Shown here piece after piece: positions 18,317 through 27,731 of a stretch of 56,777 nt of DNA. The notes beneath the pieces are model-generated. The model did not search any database, was not told where the DNA came from, and saw only the letters and a program-made list of their open reading frames with translations. Made by a program: the position numbers and the translations under genes. Position 1 is the first letter of the stretch, and the number at the start of each line of letters is the position of its first letter. The stretch is from an uncultured Lachnospiraceae bacterium (GTDB lineage Bacteria > Bacillota > Clostridia > Lachnospirales > Lachnospiraceae): NCBI GenBank assembly GCA_902797075.1, contig CADBRO010000189.1, positions 1 through 56,777 on the forward strand. The letters are read 5' to 3'.

Positions 18317-20760
18317 CTTCTTCGTTTCGCGGATCCGAAATGGCACCGGTCGCAGATGCCGTATCTCGCGTTCCATGGGAGGGGACGGCCGCATTCCTTG
18401 CACCGTCTTCCCGTAAGCTCCTGTTTTTCCAGGATTTTCATGATCGTAAGGGAAAGCTTTTCCTTTACATCGAGGATTTCCTGAATTCCCTCGGGATGAT
18501 CGAACCGGTCAAGATAGGAATACAGAAGATCGCATACATGGAAGGCTGCTTCGAGGGCGGGTAAATCCGCGGCCCCTGATTCCTCCGGGAACCGGTCCGG
18601 AAGATATTTCGCATAGGCAAGGGTGCGTCCTTCATTTTCACAGATAAACATATCCCGCCAGATCGTCATGAGATCCTCATTGGTCTCATCAAAGGCCATC
18701 GTGACAAAGCGGTAGATCAGATACTTGTCATCGGAGATTTCCTCCAGGAGCCTTGCGAGGAGAATTTCGCGCTCGGCAAGATTCTTGCGGAATCCTCTTG
18801 TTACATCCACCTCGGCCCATTTAAGAAGGATCTCGGAGAGAGGCGCTTCGATCCGGAGCAGCTCCTCCGGGAACGCCACGACCGCTTCCTGATCCTGCGG
18901 AAGCACTTCCTGAAGGGCGCCTTCGATCAGCGGTACGTCATACAGCGTGTTGACAAGTCCTTCGTCGAAGATGCCGTACCTGCCGGCTCTGCCGCCGATC
19001 TGCTGAATCTCTGAGGGATAGAGTTCGCGCCGTTCGTATCCGTCAAATTTATCGGTTTCGAGAAATACGATTCTCCGGACGGGCATATTGAGACCCATGC
19101 CGATGGCGTCGGTCGCGACGACGATATCCGTTTCGCCTTCGCGGAAACGCCTCGCTTCTTCATAGCGCACGTCATAGGGGAGGGCACCGTAGATGATGCT
19201 GCAGGTTTTTCCGAGTTTCTGAAGATCTGCGGCCACGGCATGTACGTCTCTTCTGGAGAACACGATCAGTGCGTCGCCCGGCCTTACGTCATCGGGGAAG
19301 CTGAAGTAGCTGTGCTCAAAGCGAAGCGGCGTTTTTCTTTCATGACGCACGATCTCGAGGCTGTCGCCGCATTCCCCGACAAGTCTTGTGATCAGTGATT
19401 CCGCGGACGGAGCCGCGCAAACATGCACCGTCTTTGCCCGTACGCCCAGTATGGCTGCGGTCCACGCGCCTCCTCTTTCGTCGTCGCAGGCCATCTGCGC
19501 TTCGTCGATGACTGCGACTTCATACCGCCGCTTGAAATCCAGCATTTCGATGGTGGACGAGCGGAGATATGCGCCGTCCACTACGCGGCGCTCCTCGCCG
19601 GTTACCAGCGTGCAGGCGGCTCCGGCGCGGTTCAGCGTGTCGTACTGCTCGTAGGCGAGAAGGCGGAGCGGGGCGAGATAGACGCCGCTCTCCGCATTTT
19701 TCAGAGCCTCGATCGCGTCGTGGGTTTTGCCGGAATTCGTCGGGCCGATGTGCAGGATAAAATGGCGCTGCATCGCCCGGGCAAGGGGAAAGAGATCCGG
19801 ATAGTGATTCGGAATGACGTCCGCTATGCCGAGAGCAATAAGGCCCTGGCGTTCCCGCCGGAGCATTCCCTCCCGGACCGCCGGGCCGTAGACCTCATTT
19901 TCCTCAAGCATTTCGACGAAGTGGTCAAAGTCGTAATATTTCCGGATGAATTCGTCTTCGTCGTAATCCTCCGTCAGCCTCATGGCGATCTGGTTTAAAA
20001 TGACGGAAGCGGATTCACCGGTATCCTCGCCAGCAATCAATTCCGCCAGGAAAGGATATTCCGCGCTCAATACGCAGACCAGTGCGGACGCGGCGCAGAT
20101 CCCTGCGGATGAAAATGCGTCGAAGAGGAAATTGGTAAGAGCGCTTCCGCGGTACTGCTCCGTAAAAAGGTCCCAGTTTCCGGCATTCAGTTCTTCCACC
20201 TTCAGACGGAGACGGTTGTCGTCTCTTGTGAGGACTGTGAGATTAATCCTGTCAGAGCGGATAAAAGAATCCGCCATCGTTTTTTCTTTCCGGCTGATCT
20301 CATCCATGTGCGATGTGTAGAAGCTGTCGAGATTCAGGGAATAGATATAGTTTTTTGATATTTTACGGAGCTTTTTTCCGATCTCCTTCCGGACTGTCCG
20401 CCTGTTTTGCGCTTCAAGCTCCTTCAGCTTTTTTTCCAGCTCCCTGCGGAACACCGGATTTTCCGTGATGGTTCCGTCAGTGATTTCCTGGTAATAGGAG
20501 CTTCTTTCAAGCGATTCGTGATAACGTCTTTTATATTCTTTTGTCTGTTTATATTTCTGAACGACGCTTTTTTTGGGAACGTTTCCATTTACATAACATC
20601 CCTGCCTGGCGTATCGCGCGGCCTCTTTCCGGCAGTTTTCATCGTATTTGAGAATCAGCGATTTTTCTGTCTCCTCCCGGTCGATCACGGGATACGGAAG
20701 AGCGTCCGCTTCAGCCGTTAAGGCGCGGAATCTTTCAATCAGTCTTTCGTTCATATTCAT
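18298..20760 (-). CDS. SUV3-like SF2 helicase with N-terminal extension and C-terminal Zn ribbon
   Basis: HIGPTNSGKT, YLAPLRLLA, VIDEAQM, VATDAIGMGLN, QIGGRAGR are SUV3-family motifs; CKEC..CDRC at C-terminus; likely ATG 20760 after GGAGG (ORF track 20826). Confidence 0.88.
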   Translation of the reverse strand: MNMNERLIERFRALTAEADALPYPVIDREETEKSLILKYDENCRKEAARYARQGCYVNGNVPKKSVVQKYKQTKEYKRRYHESLERSSYYQEITDGTITENPVFRRELEKKLKELEAQNRRTVRKEIGKKLRKISKNYIYSLNLDSFYTSHMDEISRKEKTMADSFIRSDRINLTVLTRDDNRLRLKVEELNAGNWDLFTEQYRGSALTNFLFDAFSSAGICAASALVCVLSAEYPFLAELIAGEDTGESASVILNQIAMRLTEDYDEDEFIRKYYDFDHFVEMLEENEVYGPAVREGMLRRERQGLIALGIADVIPNHYPDLFPLARAMQRHFILHIGPTNSGKTHDAIEALKNAESGVYLAPLRLLAYEQYDTLNRAGAACTLVTGEERRVVDGAYLRSSTIEMLDFKRRYEVAVIDEAQMACDDERGGAWTAAILGVRAKTVHVCAAPSAESLITRLVGECGDSLEIVRHERKTPLRFEHSYFSFPDDVRPGDALIVFSRRDVHAVAADLQKLGKTCSIIYGALPYDVRYEEARRFREGETDIVVATDAIGMGLNMPVRRIVFLETDKFDGYERRELYPSEIQQIGGRAGRYGIFDEGLVNTLYDVPLIEGALQEVLPQDQEAVVAFPEELLRIEAPLSEILLKWAEVDVTRGFRKNLAEREILLARLLEEISDDKYLIYRFVTMAFDETNEDLMTIWRDMFICENEGRTLAYAKYLPDRFPEESGAADLPALEAAFHVCDLLYSYLDRFDHPEGIQEILDVKEKLSLTIMKILEKQELTGRRCKECGRPLPWNARYGICDRCHFGSAKRRRKRHAR

Positions 20761-20822
20761 TAAGTGTACCGCCTCCGTCGGCATGTTGTGCATTCCATCA
20801 TACCATACATGGGAAAAGCGAG

Positions 20823-22199
20823 TCAAAAAGCGTGCTCATTCATCTCCGCGAGCTCTTTTTTCAGGATCATCCTCATGGTGAGGAAGCAAGCGGTGCCGCC
20901 GATTACGTTTGACACAGGCTCCGCCATAAAGACGCCCGTGGTTCCAAGACCCGGGATGCGGGGCAGAAGGAGGGTGAGCGGAAGCACGATAACCACTTTC
21001 CTGAGGAGCGAGAAGAAGATCGCCTGCCGCCGTTTTCCGAGGGCCTTGAAGACCGTCTGTCCGCAGTACTGCAGAGACTGGAAGACAAACGCGAAAAAGT
21101 AAACGTGAAGGGCGGGAACCGCGTAGGCGAGCAGTTCCTTGTCGCTGCTGAAGATAGAGATGAAAAATGCGGGAAAAAGGCTGATCAGCCCCCACACAAG
21201 GGCGGTGTAGATCATCCCGGTCACGGACACCGTACGGATCGTCTTCTCGACAAGTTCTTTGCTTTTGGCTCCGTAATTGTAGCTGATCAGAGGAGAGGCA
21301 CCGTCCGCAAACGCGAGTACCGGCGTGTCGAGGAGCTGTCGGACGGAGGAAATGATCGTCATCACCGAGATGTAGATCTGGCCTCCCGTTATCAGAAGCA
21401 TATGATTGCACGCCACCGAAACCAGACTGTTCGTCGCCTGGAAGACGAAGGACGATATGCCGAGGCTTACGATATCGAGGATCCGTTTTCCGGACGCAAA
21501 AAGCTCCCGCGGTGAAAGGACGCGCAGCTTAAGAGGCGCCTTTTTCCCGCAAAGAAATGTGATCACCGAGACAGATGAAAGTATCTGGGAGATGACGGTC
21601 GCGATGGCAGCTCCTTCAACTCCCATTTTAAGTCCGAAGATAAAGACGGGATCGAGGATCGTATTTGTTACGGCTCCGATGACGACGGAGCGCATGCCGA
21701 TTCCCGGGAAGCCCTGCGCGTTCACGAAAGGATTCATGCCGACGGTTGTCATCTGGAAAATGGTCCCGAGAAGATAGATTCTGAAATACAGAACGCTGAT
21801 ACGCAGGGTATCCGGCGACTCCGCGCCGATCAGACGGAGGACAGGACGCGCGAAAATCTCCCCTGCCGTAAAGAGCACAACGGCCGTAAGGAGAATCATT
21901 GTGAACGAGGTGCACATAAGGAGGTGCGCCTCTTCAGTTTCCTTTTTGCCGAGCTCGATCGAAAAAAGAGGGGATCCGCCGCTTCCGAATAAGTTTGTAA
22001 ACGCGGTGATGATCATGATCAGCGGGAAGCAAAGACCGACGGCGCCGAGGGCTGTGGTTCCGATTCCCGGGATTCTACCTATAAAAATGCGGTCTACGAT
22101 GTTGTACAAAAGATTGAACGTCTGGGCGACCAGCATGGGGACTGCGATACGGAAGACGTTGGAGATAACATGTCTGTCGGAAAAATCTATCTGTGCCAT
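20823..22199 (-). CDS. MATE family efflux transporter
   Basis: LYNIVDRIFIG, NTILDPVFIF..MGVEGAAIAT, ISYNYGA; start 22199 or 22280. Confidence 0.9.
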   Translation of the reverse strand: MAQIDFSDRHVISNVFRIAVPMLVAQTFNLLYNIVDRIFIGRIPGIGTTALGAVGLCFPLIMIITAFTNLFGSGGSPLFSIELGKKETEEAHLLMCTSFTMILLTAVVLFTAGEIFARPVLRLIGAESPDTLRISVLYFRIYLLGTIFQMTTVGMNPFVNAQGFPGIGMRSVVIGAVTNTILDPVFIFGLKMGVEGAAIATVISQILSSVSVITFLCGKKAPLKLRVLSPRELFASGKRILDIVSLGISSFVFQATNSLVSVACNHMLLITGGQIYISVMTIISSVRQLLDTPVLAFADGASPLISYNYGAKSKELVEKTIRTVSVTGMIYTALVWGLISLFPAFFISIFSSDKELLAYAVPALHVYFFAFVFQSLQYCGQTVFKALGKRRQAIFFSLLRKVVIVLPLTLLLPRIPGLGTTGVFMAEPVSNVIGGTACFLTMRMILKKELAEMNEHAF

Positions 22200-22318
22200 T
22201 ATTTTTAAATTAAGGCGGACATTTGCATTCCGCCTGGCTGTATGGTCATGAACCGCTTCTGCCTTTACGCAGTGCTTCATGGGTGCGGTTCATATTTCTT
22301 TTACGTGAATTATTCAGC

Positions 22319-22385
22319 ATTATAGCACAGGTGGAAGACGGCGGCTGATCTTTTCTTCGCAGCTGCCCCTGAATCGCTGTATAAT
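22319..22385. promoter_or_regulatory. Divergent promoters for MATE (-) and sbcDC (+)
   Basis: Minus-strand TGCTATAAT at 22319-22327; plus-strand TATAAT at 22380-22385. Confidence 0.5.
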
Positions 22386-22435
22386 AGAAAACGGATGCCG
22401 GCTGGTTAAGGCGGGAATCAGGAGGAAGGAAATCC

Positions 22436-23599
22436 ATGAAGTTTTTCCACATATCGGATCTTCATATCGGACTTAGGCTCATGAACCGTGATCTTCACGA
22501 GGATCAGGTTTATGTTCTGGATCAGATCGTGCAGTACGCAGCTTCGGAAAAACCGGACGCGGTACTGATCGCCGGTGATATCTATGACCGGGCAGTGCCC
22601 TCGGCCGAGGCTGTCGCTGTTTTTGACCGGTTCATAACCTCGCTCCGGGAACGTGTGCCCGACTGCGTGATTATGATGATCAGCGGGAATCATGACAGCG
22701 CGCCGCGAATCGATCTTTTCCGGGGCATCCTGAAAGGCCGGAAGATTTATGCGATCGGAACGCCGCCCTCCGATGACTGTGATTTCATCGAACAGGTGAC
22801 GCTTGAGGATGATTTCGGGCCTGTGCATTTTTACCTGCTTCCCTACGTCAGGCCTTCCATGGTTCGGAAAATAGTGAATCCGGATGAGGAAGGCTGCAGT
22901 CCCGGTTTTGAGGAGACGCTCGGGAAACTTCTTGAGAGGGAGAAGATAGACCGCGCCGACAGAAACGTGATCGTAAGCCATCAGTTTTATATTCCAGCGG
23001 GCGGAAATGCGGACGACGTGCCAAGAGCCGCTTCGGAGATCCCTTCGGTCGGAAATATCGATGCGGTCAGTGCCGGTGTACTTAAGGATTTTGATTACTG
23101 CGCGCTGGGGCACATTCACAGGCCGATGACGCTCGCATCTCCCAGAATCAGATATTCGGGAACCCCGTATCCATGTTCTGTCAGCGAAGCGGGACAGAAA
23201 AAGAGTGTCGTTTGCGTGGAAATGGGAGAGAAAACTTCTGACGGTATGCTTTCATGCGGTATCAGGGAGCTTCCGCTTAAGCCCCTTCGGGAGGTCAGGG
23301 TTATTGAGGGAACGGCTGAGGAAGTGCTCCGCATGCGGTCGGAGGACTATGTTTCCGTGATCCTTACGGATGAAGCCGGGGAGGACGCGGGGGATCTCAT
23401 GTGGAAATTAAGAGATGCCTTTCCTAATCTTCTCGAGGTCAGGCGGAAGAATCAAAAAAGCGCGGAATACGGGGAAAATGCCAAAGCGGAGAGTCTTCCT
23501 GACCCGTATGAGCTATGCTGCGCTTTTCTTTCGGATCCGGATGAAGAAGCAAAGAAGCTCCTCGCGGATGTAATCCGCAAGGTAAGAGGAGGCGTGTAA
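22436..23599 (+). CDS. sbcD: Exonuclease SbcCD subunit D
   Basis: HISDLHIG, AGDIYD, SGNHDS, SHQF, ALGHIH, YSGTP metallophosphoesterase motifs; adjacent to sbcC. Confidence 0.93.
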   Translation: MKFFHISDLHIGLRLMNRDLHEDQVYVLDQIVQYAASEKPDAVLIAGDIYDRAVPSAEAVAVFDRFITSLRERVPDCVIMMISGNHDSAPRIDLFRGILKGRKIYAIGTPPSDDCDFIEQVTLEDDFGPVHFYLLPYVRPSMVRKIVNPDEEGCSPGFEETLGKLLEREKIDRADRNVIVSHQFYIPAGGNADDVPRAASEIPSVGNIDAVSAGVLKDFDYCALGHIHRPMTLASPRIRYSGTPYPCSVSEAGQKKSVVCVEMGEKTSDGMLSCGIRELPLKPLREVRVIEGTAEEVLRMRSEDYVSVILTDEAGEDAGDLMWKLRDAFPNLLEVRRKNQKSAEYGENAKAESLPDPYELCCAFLSDPDEEAKKLLADVIRKVRGGV

Positions 23600-23600
23600 T

Positions 23601-26330
23601 ATGAGACCTTTAAAGCTTACGATGCAGGCGTTCGGATCGTACGGAAGGCGGACGGAGATTGATTTTTCTGTTTTACGGGAAAATCTTTTCCTGGTTACCG
23701 GCGATACCGGAGCGGGGAAAACAACCATTTTCGACGCGATTGTTTTTGCCCTGTACGGCGAAGCAAGTTCCGGAGAGAACCGGAAGGACGGCACTGTGCT
23801 TCAGAGCCAGTATGTCTCTGCGGCGGAGGAGCCGTTCGTGGAGCTTGTGTTTTCGGATAAGGGCAAAACCTATACGGTAAAACGCGTGCCGCGGCACCTG
23901 AAGCTTCTTACGAAGGGAGCCGGCAAAGGACGGGATACAAGAGAGACGTCGGGTTCGCTTTCGCTTTTCATGCCGGACGGATCCCTGTATCCGCCTAAGG
24001 AATCGGACGGGAAAATCCGTGAAATCGTCGGACTCACCAAGGACCAGTTCATGCAGGTCGCAATGATCGCCCAGGGCGAGTTTATGACCCTCATCCGCTC
24101 AAAATCGGATGATAAACGGGAGATTTTCAGGAAACTGTTCGGAACCGGAATTTACAGAGATATCATCGACGAGCTTGCGGACAGAAAGCGGCAGCTGGAA
24201 AAAGAACTGGAAAATGTTTCGGCTTCGGCCGCCGCTCTGGCCGGGCGGATCCGGATACCGGAAGCGGGTGAGGCGGCGATGCCGGAGGAAAATCTCGAAA
24301 GGATGTCCCGGCTTAAGGAAGAACTTCTTACGGGAAATGCGGCGCCCCTTGAGGAACTGACCGGCATGCTGGCAGAACTTGCGGATATTCTTAAGATGGC
24401 AGCGGATCAAGCCGGAGAGGATCTTGAGAGGGCTGAAAAACAGCGGGATATTGACAGGGATGCCCTGCTGGGAGCGGACCGCCTGGAAAAGCTTTACCGG
24501 CAGCTCGACGGCTCCCGGAAGAAAATCGGAGCCCTGGAGGCGACAGGGAAAGACATGGAGGAGGCATATGCGCTTTCGGCAGGCATACGGAAAGCATATG
24601 AGATCAAAACTGCCCATGAAAGATACCTCGAAGCGGCAAAGAACGCGGAAGAATGCAGACTGAACCTTCTGAATGAACAGGAAAAGCTTCCGGATCTGAC
24701 GAAAGACGCGGAGAATACCGCGGCGGACGCTGAAAGGGCCGGAGGGGACTGCATGAAGCAGCTGGCAGTCCTGACGCGCATCAGGGAGCATGCCGCACGG
24801 ATCGCGGATGCGGAGAGCCGGCTGTCCGCTCTCACAGGAGATATTGAGCGCAAACAAAAGGAGTATGTCCGGGCGAGGGATGCATTTTCCGTACAGAATG
24901 CGGAGTTTCAAAGAAAAAGGCAGGCATTCTACGACATGCAGGCAGGAATTCTTGCCAGGGAACTTGTTCCGGGAAGCCCCTGCCCCGTGTGCGGTTCAAC
25001 GGAGCATCCTGCCCCGTGCGTCTATCAGGGAGAATATGAAAACCTGACCCGTGAGATGATTGAGAGGGAAGAACAGAAGAACAGCGTGCTTCGGGATAAA
25101 ACCGAAAAACTCGCGGGTGATCTGAAGGCTTCCGGAAAGCTGGCAGAAGAGCTGAATGCTCTGCGGGACGGCACCGCAGCCGCATTTATGGAAGAGGTCA
25201 AAGAAGCAAAACAGGGAGAGTCCTTCTTCTCAGGTGCGGATGAGGGAACAGGCATGCCGCCTGCGCAGGAAATCCTGAAGATCATTGAGGAAAGACAGCG
25301 AAAAGCAGAAGAAAAGAAGGACAGAGCAGAGGAAAGAGCGGAAGCAGCCTTAAAGAAGAAGGAGCAGTCTCTTACCCTGATACGAAAATATACGGAAGAG
25401 CTTCCCGGACTTCAAAAAGAGGAAGCGGCGAAGCACGGCGCGTACGAGGCGATGCTTCACCGCGAAGACGCGGTTGAATCCTGGGAAATGATTACCGGTG
25501 GGTATGCAAAAGAGGATGCAGACCGTCTGTCGGCAAAGTATCAGGCGTGGAAGGTTGAGCTCGAGTCGGAGCGCCGCGCTGTAAGGATCGCGGAAGAGGC
25601 AATCGGCGGACAGATGCGCCCGGATACGGAACGCATAAGGGCGGCTTACGATGAGTCTGAAAGAAAGCGGCGGGAGGCTGCCGAGAAACATCAGCGTCTC
25701 AGCGCTTCTGCTGATGAAGACGACAGAGTTGCAAAAGATCTGTCAAAGCTCCTGAAAGGGAGAGAGAAGCTGGATGAAGAATACCGGAAAACAGCATCCA
25801 TGTACCGGCAGATGTCGGGAAATATCAAAGGTTCCAGGATGGATCTTGAAACATGGGCGCAGAGATATTATCTTAATAGAATACTAAGCGGTGCGAACCG
25901 GCATTTCAGGGAAATGACGGACGGAGAATTCACACTCCTTCTCTGCAGCATTGACAGAGCCGGAGAGGGAAAGAACCGCGGACTCGATCTCATGGTCAGA
26001 TCGGAAATTACAGGAAAAGAGCGCGAGATACGGACACTTTCGGGCGGGGAGACATTTATGGCCGCTCTTTCGGTCGCTCTTGGACTGTCGGATCAGATTG
26101 AAGAGGTCTCTTCTGCCGTAAGTCCCGACATCCTGTTTATCGACGAGGGCTTCGGATCGCTTGACGATCACGCGAGGGATCAGGCTGTCGGCATCCTTCG
26201 ACGGATGGCAGGCGGAAGAAAAATGATCGGTATCATATCACATGTAACTGAGCTGAGAACCGCGATCGGAAATCAGCTCCGGGTAACCCGTGACGACCGG
26301 GGGAGCAATGTCCGGTGGGAAATTGACTAA
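23601..26330 (+). CDS. sbcC: Exonuclease SbcCD subunit C (SMC-like ATPase)
   Basis: AFGSY, GDTGAGKTT, IAQGEF, coiled coils with CPVCGS zinc hook, LSGGE, FIDEGFGSLD, IISH. Confidence 0.93.
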   Translation: MRPLKLTMQAFGSYGRRTEIDFSVLRENLFLVTGDTGAGKTTIFDAIVFALYGEASSGENRKDGTVLQSQYVSAAEEPFVELVFSDKGKTYTVKRVPRHLKLLTKGAGKGRDTRETSGSLSLFMPDGSLYPPKESDGKIREIVGLTKDQFMQVAMIAQGEFMTLIRSKSDDKREIFRKLFGTGIYRDIIDELADRKRQLEKELENVSASAAALAGRIRIPEAGEAAMPEENLERMSRLKEELLTGNAAPLEELTGMLAELADILKMAADQAGEDLERAEKQRDIDRDALLGADRLEKLYRQLDGSRKKIGALEATGKDMEEAYALSAGIRKAYEIKTAHERYLEAAKNAEECRLNLLNEQEKLPDLTKDAENTAADAERAGGDCMKQLAVLTRIREHAARIADAESRLSALTGDIERKQKEYVRARDAFSVQNAEFQRKRQAFYDMQAGILARELVPGSPCPVCGSTEHPAPCVYQGEYENLTREMIEREEQKNSVLRDKTEKLAGDLKASGKLAEELNALRDGTAAAFMEEVKEAKQGESFFSGADEGTGMPPAQEILKIIEERQRKAEEKKDRAEERAEAALKKKEQSLTLIRKYTEELPGLQKEEAAKHGAYEAMLHREDAVESWEMITGGYAKEDADRLSAKYQAWKVELESERRAVRIAEEAIGGQMRPDTERIRAAYDESERKRREAAEKHQRLSASADEDDRVAKDLSKLLKGREKLDEEYRKTASMYRQMSGNIKGSRMDLETWAQRYYLNRILSGANRHFREMTDGEFTLLLCSIDRAGEGKNRGLDLMVRSEITGKEREIRTLSGGETFMAALSVALGLSDQIEEVSSAVSPDILFIDEGFGSLDDHARDQAVGILRRMAGGRKMIGIISHVTELRTAIGNQLRVTRDDRGSNVRWEID

Positions 26331-26342
26331 AAGGAGCGAGAG

Positions 26343-27170
26343 ATGAGAAAAATCAATATCCAGATGTATTCGTTTGCTGACGGAAAGCACGATGACGACA
26401 GAGAAAACCTGAAAGCAGCCGCACAGATGGGCTATGACGGCGTGGAGCTTTTCGGTCCTAATTTCAGGATTCCGCCCGAAGAGATGAGAGAACTCCTTGG
26501 CGAACTGGGACTTACGCCGGTATCGCTTCACGCGCCGTCGACGGATCTGGTGACAGAACTGATCCCGTATGCATGCACGGTGGGTATGAAATTCATCGGT
26601 ATCGGAATGCAGCTGATGAAGGATGACGAAGCGGTTCATGCGTTCGCAAAAAGGCTGAATGAGCTGGGCGAAGAGTGCCGTAAAAACGGCCTTATGCTGA
26701 CTTATCACAACCATACCCAGGAGTTCGTTCCCTGCGGGGATAAAACCGTGATAGAGACGCTGATCGACGAGACGGATCCGGAACTGGTCGGCTTTGAGCT
26801 GGACGCCGGATGGTGCGCCGCCGCCGGATGCGATCCGGTCGAATTTGTAAAGCAGCACAGCGGACGTGTCAAGCTGATCCACGTGAAGGAAAGCAGTGAG
26901 GTTATCGGTCCCCAGCCGCCTCTTGATTTCGGAGAGCTTCCGAAAGGTGAGAACGGCATGCCGGTTCTGCCGGATGAGATCCGGGAACTTTTGGAACATT
27001 TTGACCAGATCAACTGCGCGGCATGCGAAGGCCTTGTCGACTGGGGAAAACTCGCGGACGCCGCAGACGAAAACGGATGCGAGGCATATATCGTAGAGAG
27101 GGAGTACTCCGCGGGTGACAGGATCAGCGCCCTTCAGGATGACATCACGAAATACAGACAGGTTCTCTGA
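26343..27170 (+). CDS. Sugar phosphate isomerase/epimerase (IolE-like TIM barrel)
   Basis: IQMYS, GYDGVE, YHNH..EF, FELD.GW, HVKE, IVERE motifs. Confidence 0.85.
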   Translation: MRKINIQMYSFADGKHDDDRENLKAAAQMGYDGVELFGPNFRIPPEEMRELLGELGLTPVSLHAPSTDLVTELIPYACTVGMKFIGIGMQLMKDDEAVHAFAKRLNELGEECRKNGLMLTYHNHTQEFVPCGDKTVIETLIDETDPELVGFELDAGWCAAAGCDPVEFVKQHSGRVKLIHVKESSEVIGPQPPLDFGELPKGENGMPVLPDEIRELLEHFDQINCAACEGLVDWGKLADAADENGCEAYIVEREYSAGDRISALQDDITKYRQVL

Positions 27171-27220
27171 GATTTGTAAAGGCCGGGTTCTGTAACGAGT
27201 ATTCAATTGTTAAGGTATGT

Positions 27221-27249
27221 TTGACAATCGTTTTTCATGGTGTTAATTT
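27221..27249 (+). promoter_or_regulatory. sigma-A promoter of antiporter operon leader
   Basis: TTGACA-17 nt-TAATTT with extended TG at 27241-27242. Confidence 0.7.
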
Positions 27250-27269
27250 ATTCCTGATATTTCCATAGT

Positions 27270-27328
27270 ATCCGGTGATGACGGTGTGCCGGCATTTGAG
27301 GTGTCGGTGCATCGGTAATTGCCGAAAA
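27270..27328 (+). ncRNA. Candidate cation-sensing riboswitch aptamer (Na+-I/DUF1646-like)
   Basis: P1 CGGUGAU(27273-79)/AUUGCCG(27318-24), GA/GUA internal loop, P2 27282-95/27301-14 with tandem U-G/G-U in UGCC/GGUG. Lies between a promoter and a terminator upstream of a Na+/H+ antiporter operon. Class assignment is from recollection of the motif plus context. Confidence 0.5.
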
Positions 27329-27347
27329 ATTGAACATGGACGAGCGG

Positions 27348-27382
27348 ACAGCATCTGCGGCCTCCCGCAGGTGCTGTTTTGT
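27348..27382 (+). terminator. Leader attenuator/terminator hairpin
   Basis: ACAGCATCTGCGG-CCTC-CCGCAGGTGCTGT followed by TTTGT. Confidence 0.7.
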
Positions 27383-27431
27383 GCGATACGGCCGGAGAGC
27401 GGGCACCGTGCTTGCACGGGCGCCCATTCGA

Positions 27432-27659
27432 CGGCCAACGGACATCGAGCGGTGAAACCGCGAGATGTGCGATGCAATGAGCCATGCGCTTCCAGGATGT
27501 CAGACGGATATCGAGAGTTTTCTCTCGAATCGCCGTCTGACATCGTGGAAGCATACGGCGAATGCCGCGACAGTACGGGGACGCGAAGCGTTCCCGTACT
27601 TGTCGGCATGGCATAATATAGAAGGAAGCCCGGCCAACGTACACCGAGCGGTGAAACCG
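27432..27659. repeat. 29-nt direct repeat pair flanking long hairpins
   Basis: cggccaacgGacaTcgagcggtgaaaccg (27432-27460) and cggccaacgTacaCcgagcggtgaaaccg (27631-27659), 27/29 identical. Confidence 0.85.
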
Positions 27660-27731
27660 GTAGCAAAAAATCCACGAAAGTGATATGTTAGAACTTATAT
27701 CTTTCATGAAATGAGGGAGTGCACAGGAAAT

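Noticed and set aside
22436-26330. sbcDC as a defence (Wadjet/Lamassu-like) system
   Set aside because: Canonical SbcD-SbcC pair with zinc hook and no kleisin or effector genes; best read as housekeeping repair.
27432-27659. CRISPR array
   Set aside because: Only two repeats, a 170-nt structured interval and no cas genes in the window.
27381-27665. Group II intron remnant (GTGCG right after a terminator, as class IIC introns insert)
   Set aside because: No domain V (GAGCCG..GAAA..CGGTTC), no domain VI and no RT ORF; GTGCG alone is too weak.
27235-27683. Short ORFs over the antiporter leader (27275-27616, 27465-27683, 27235-27675)
   Set aside because: No convincing RBS or family motifs; they cross a terminator and long hairpins.
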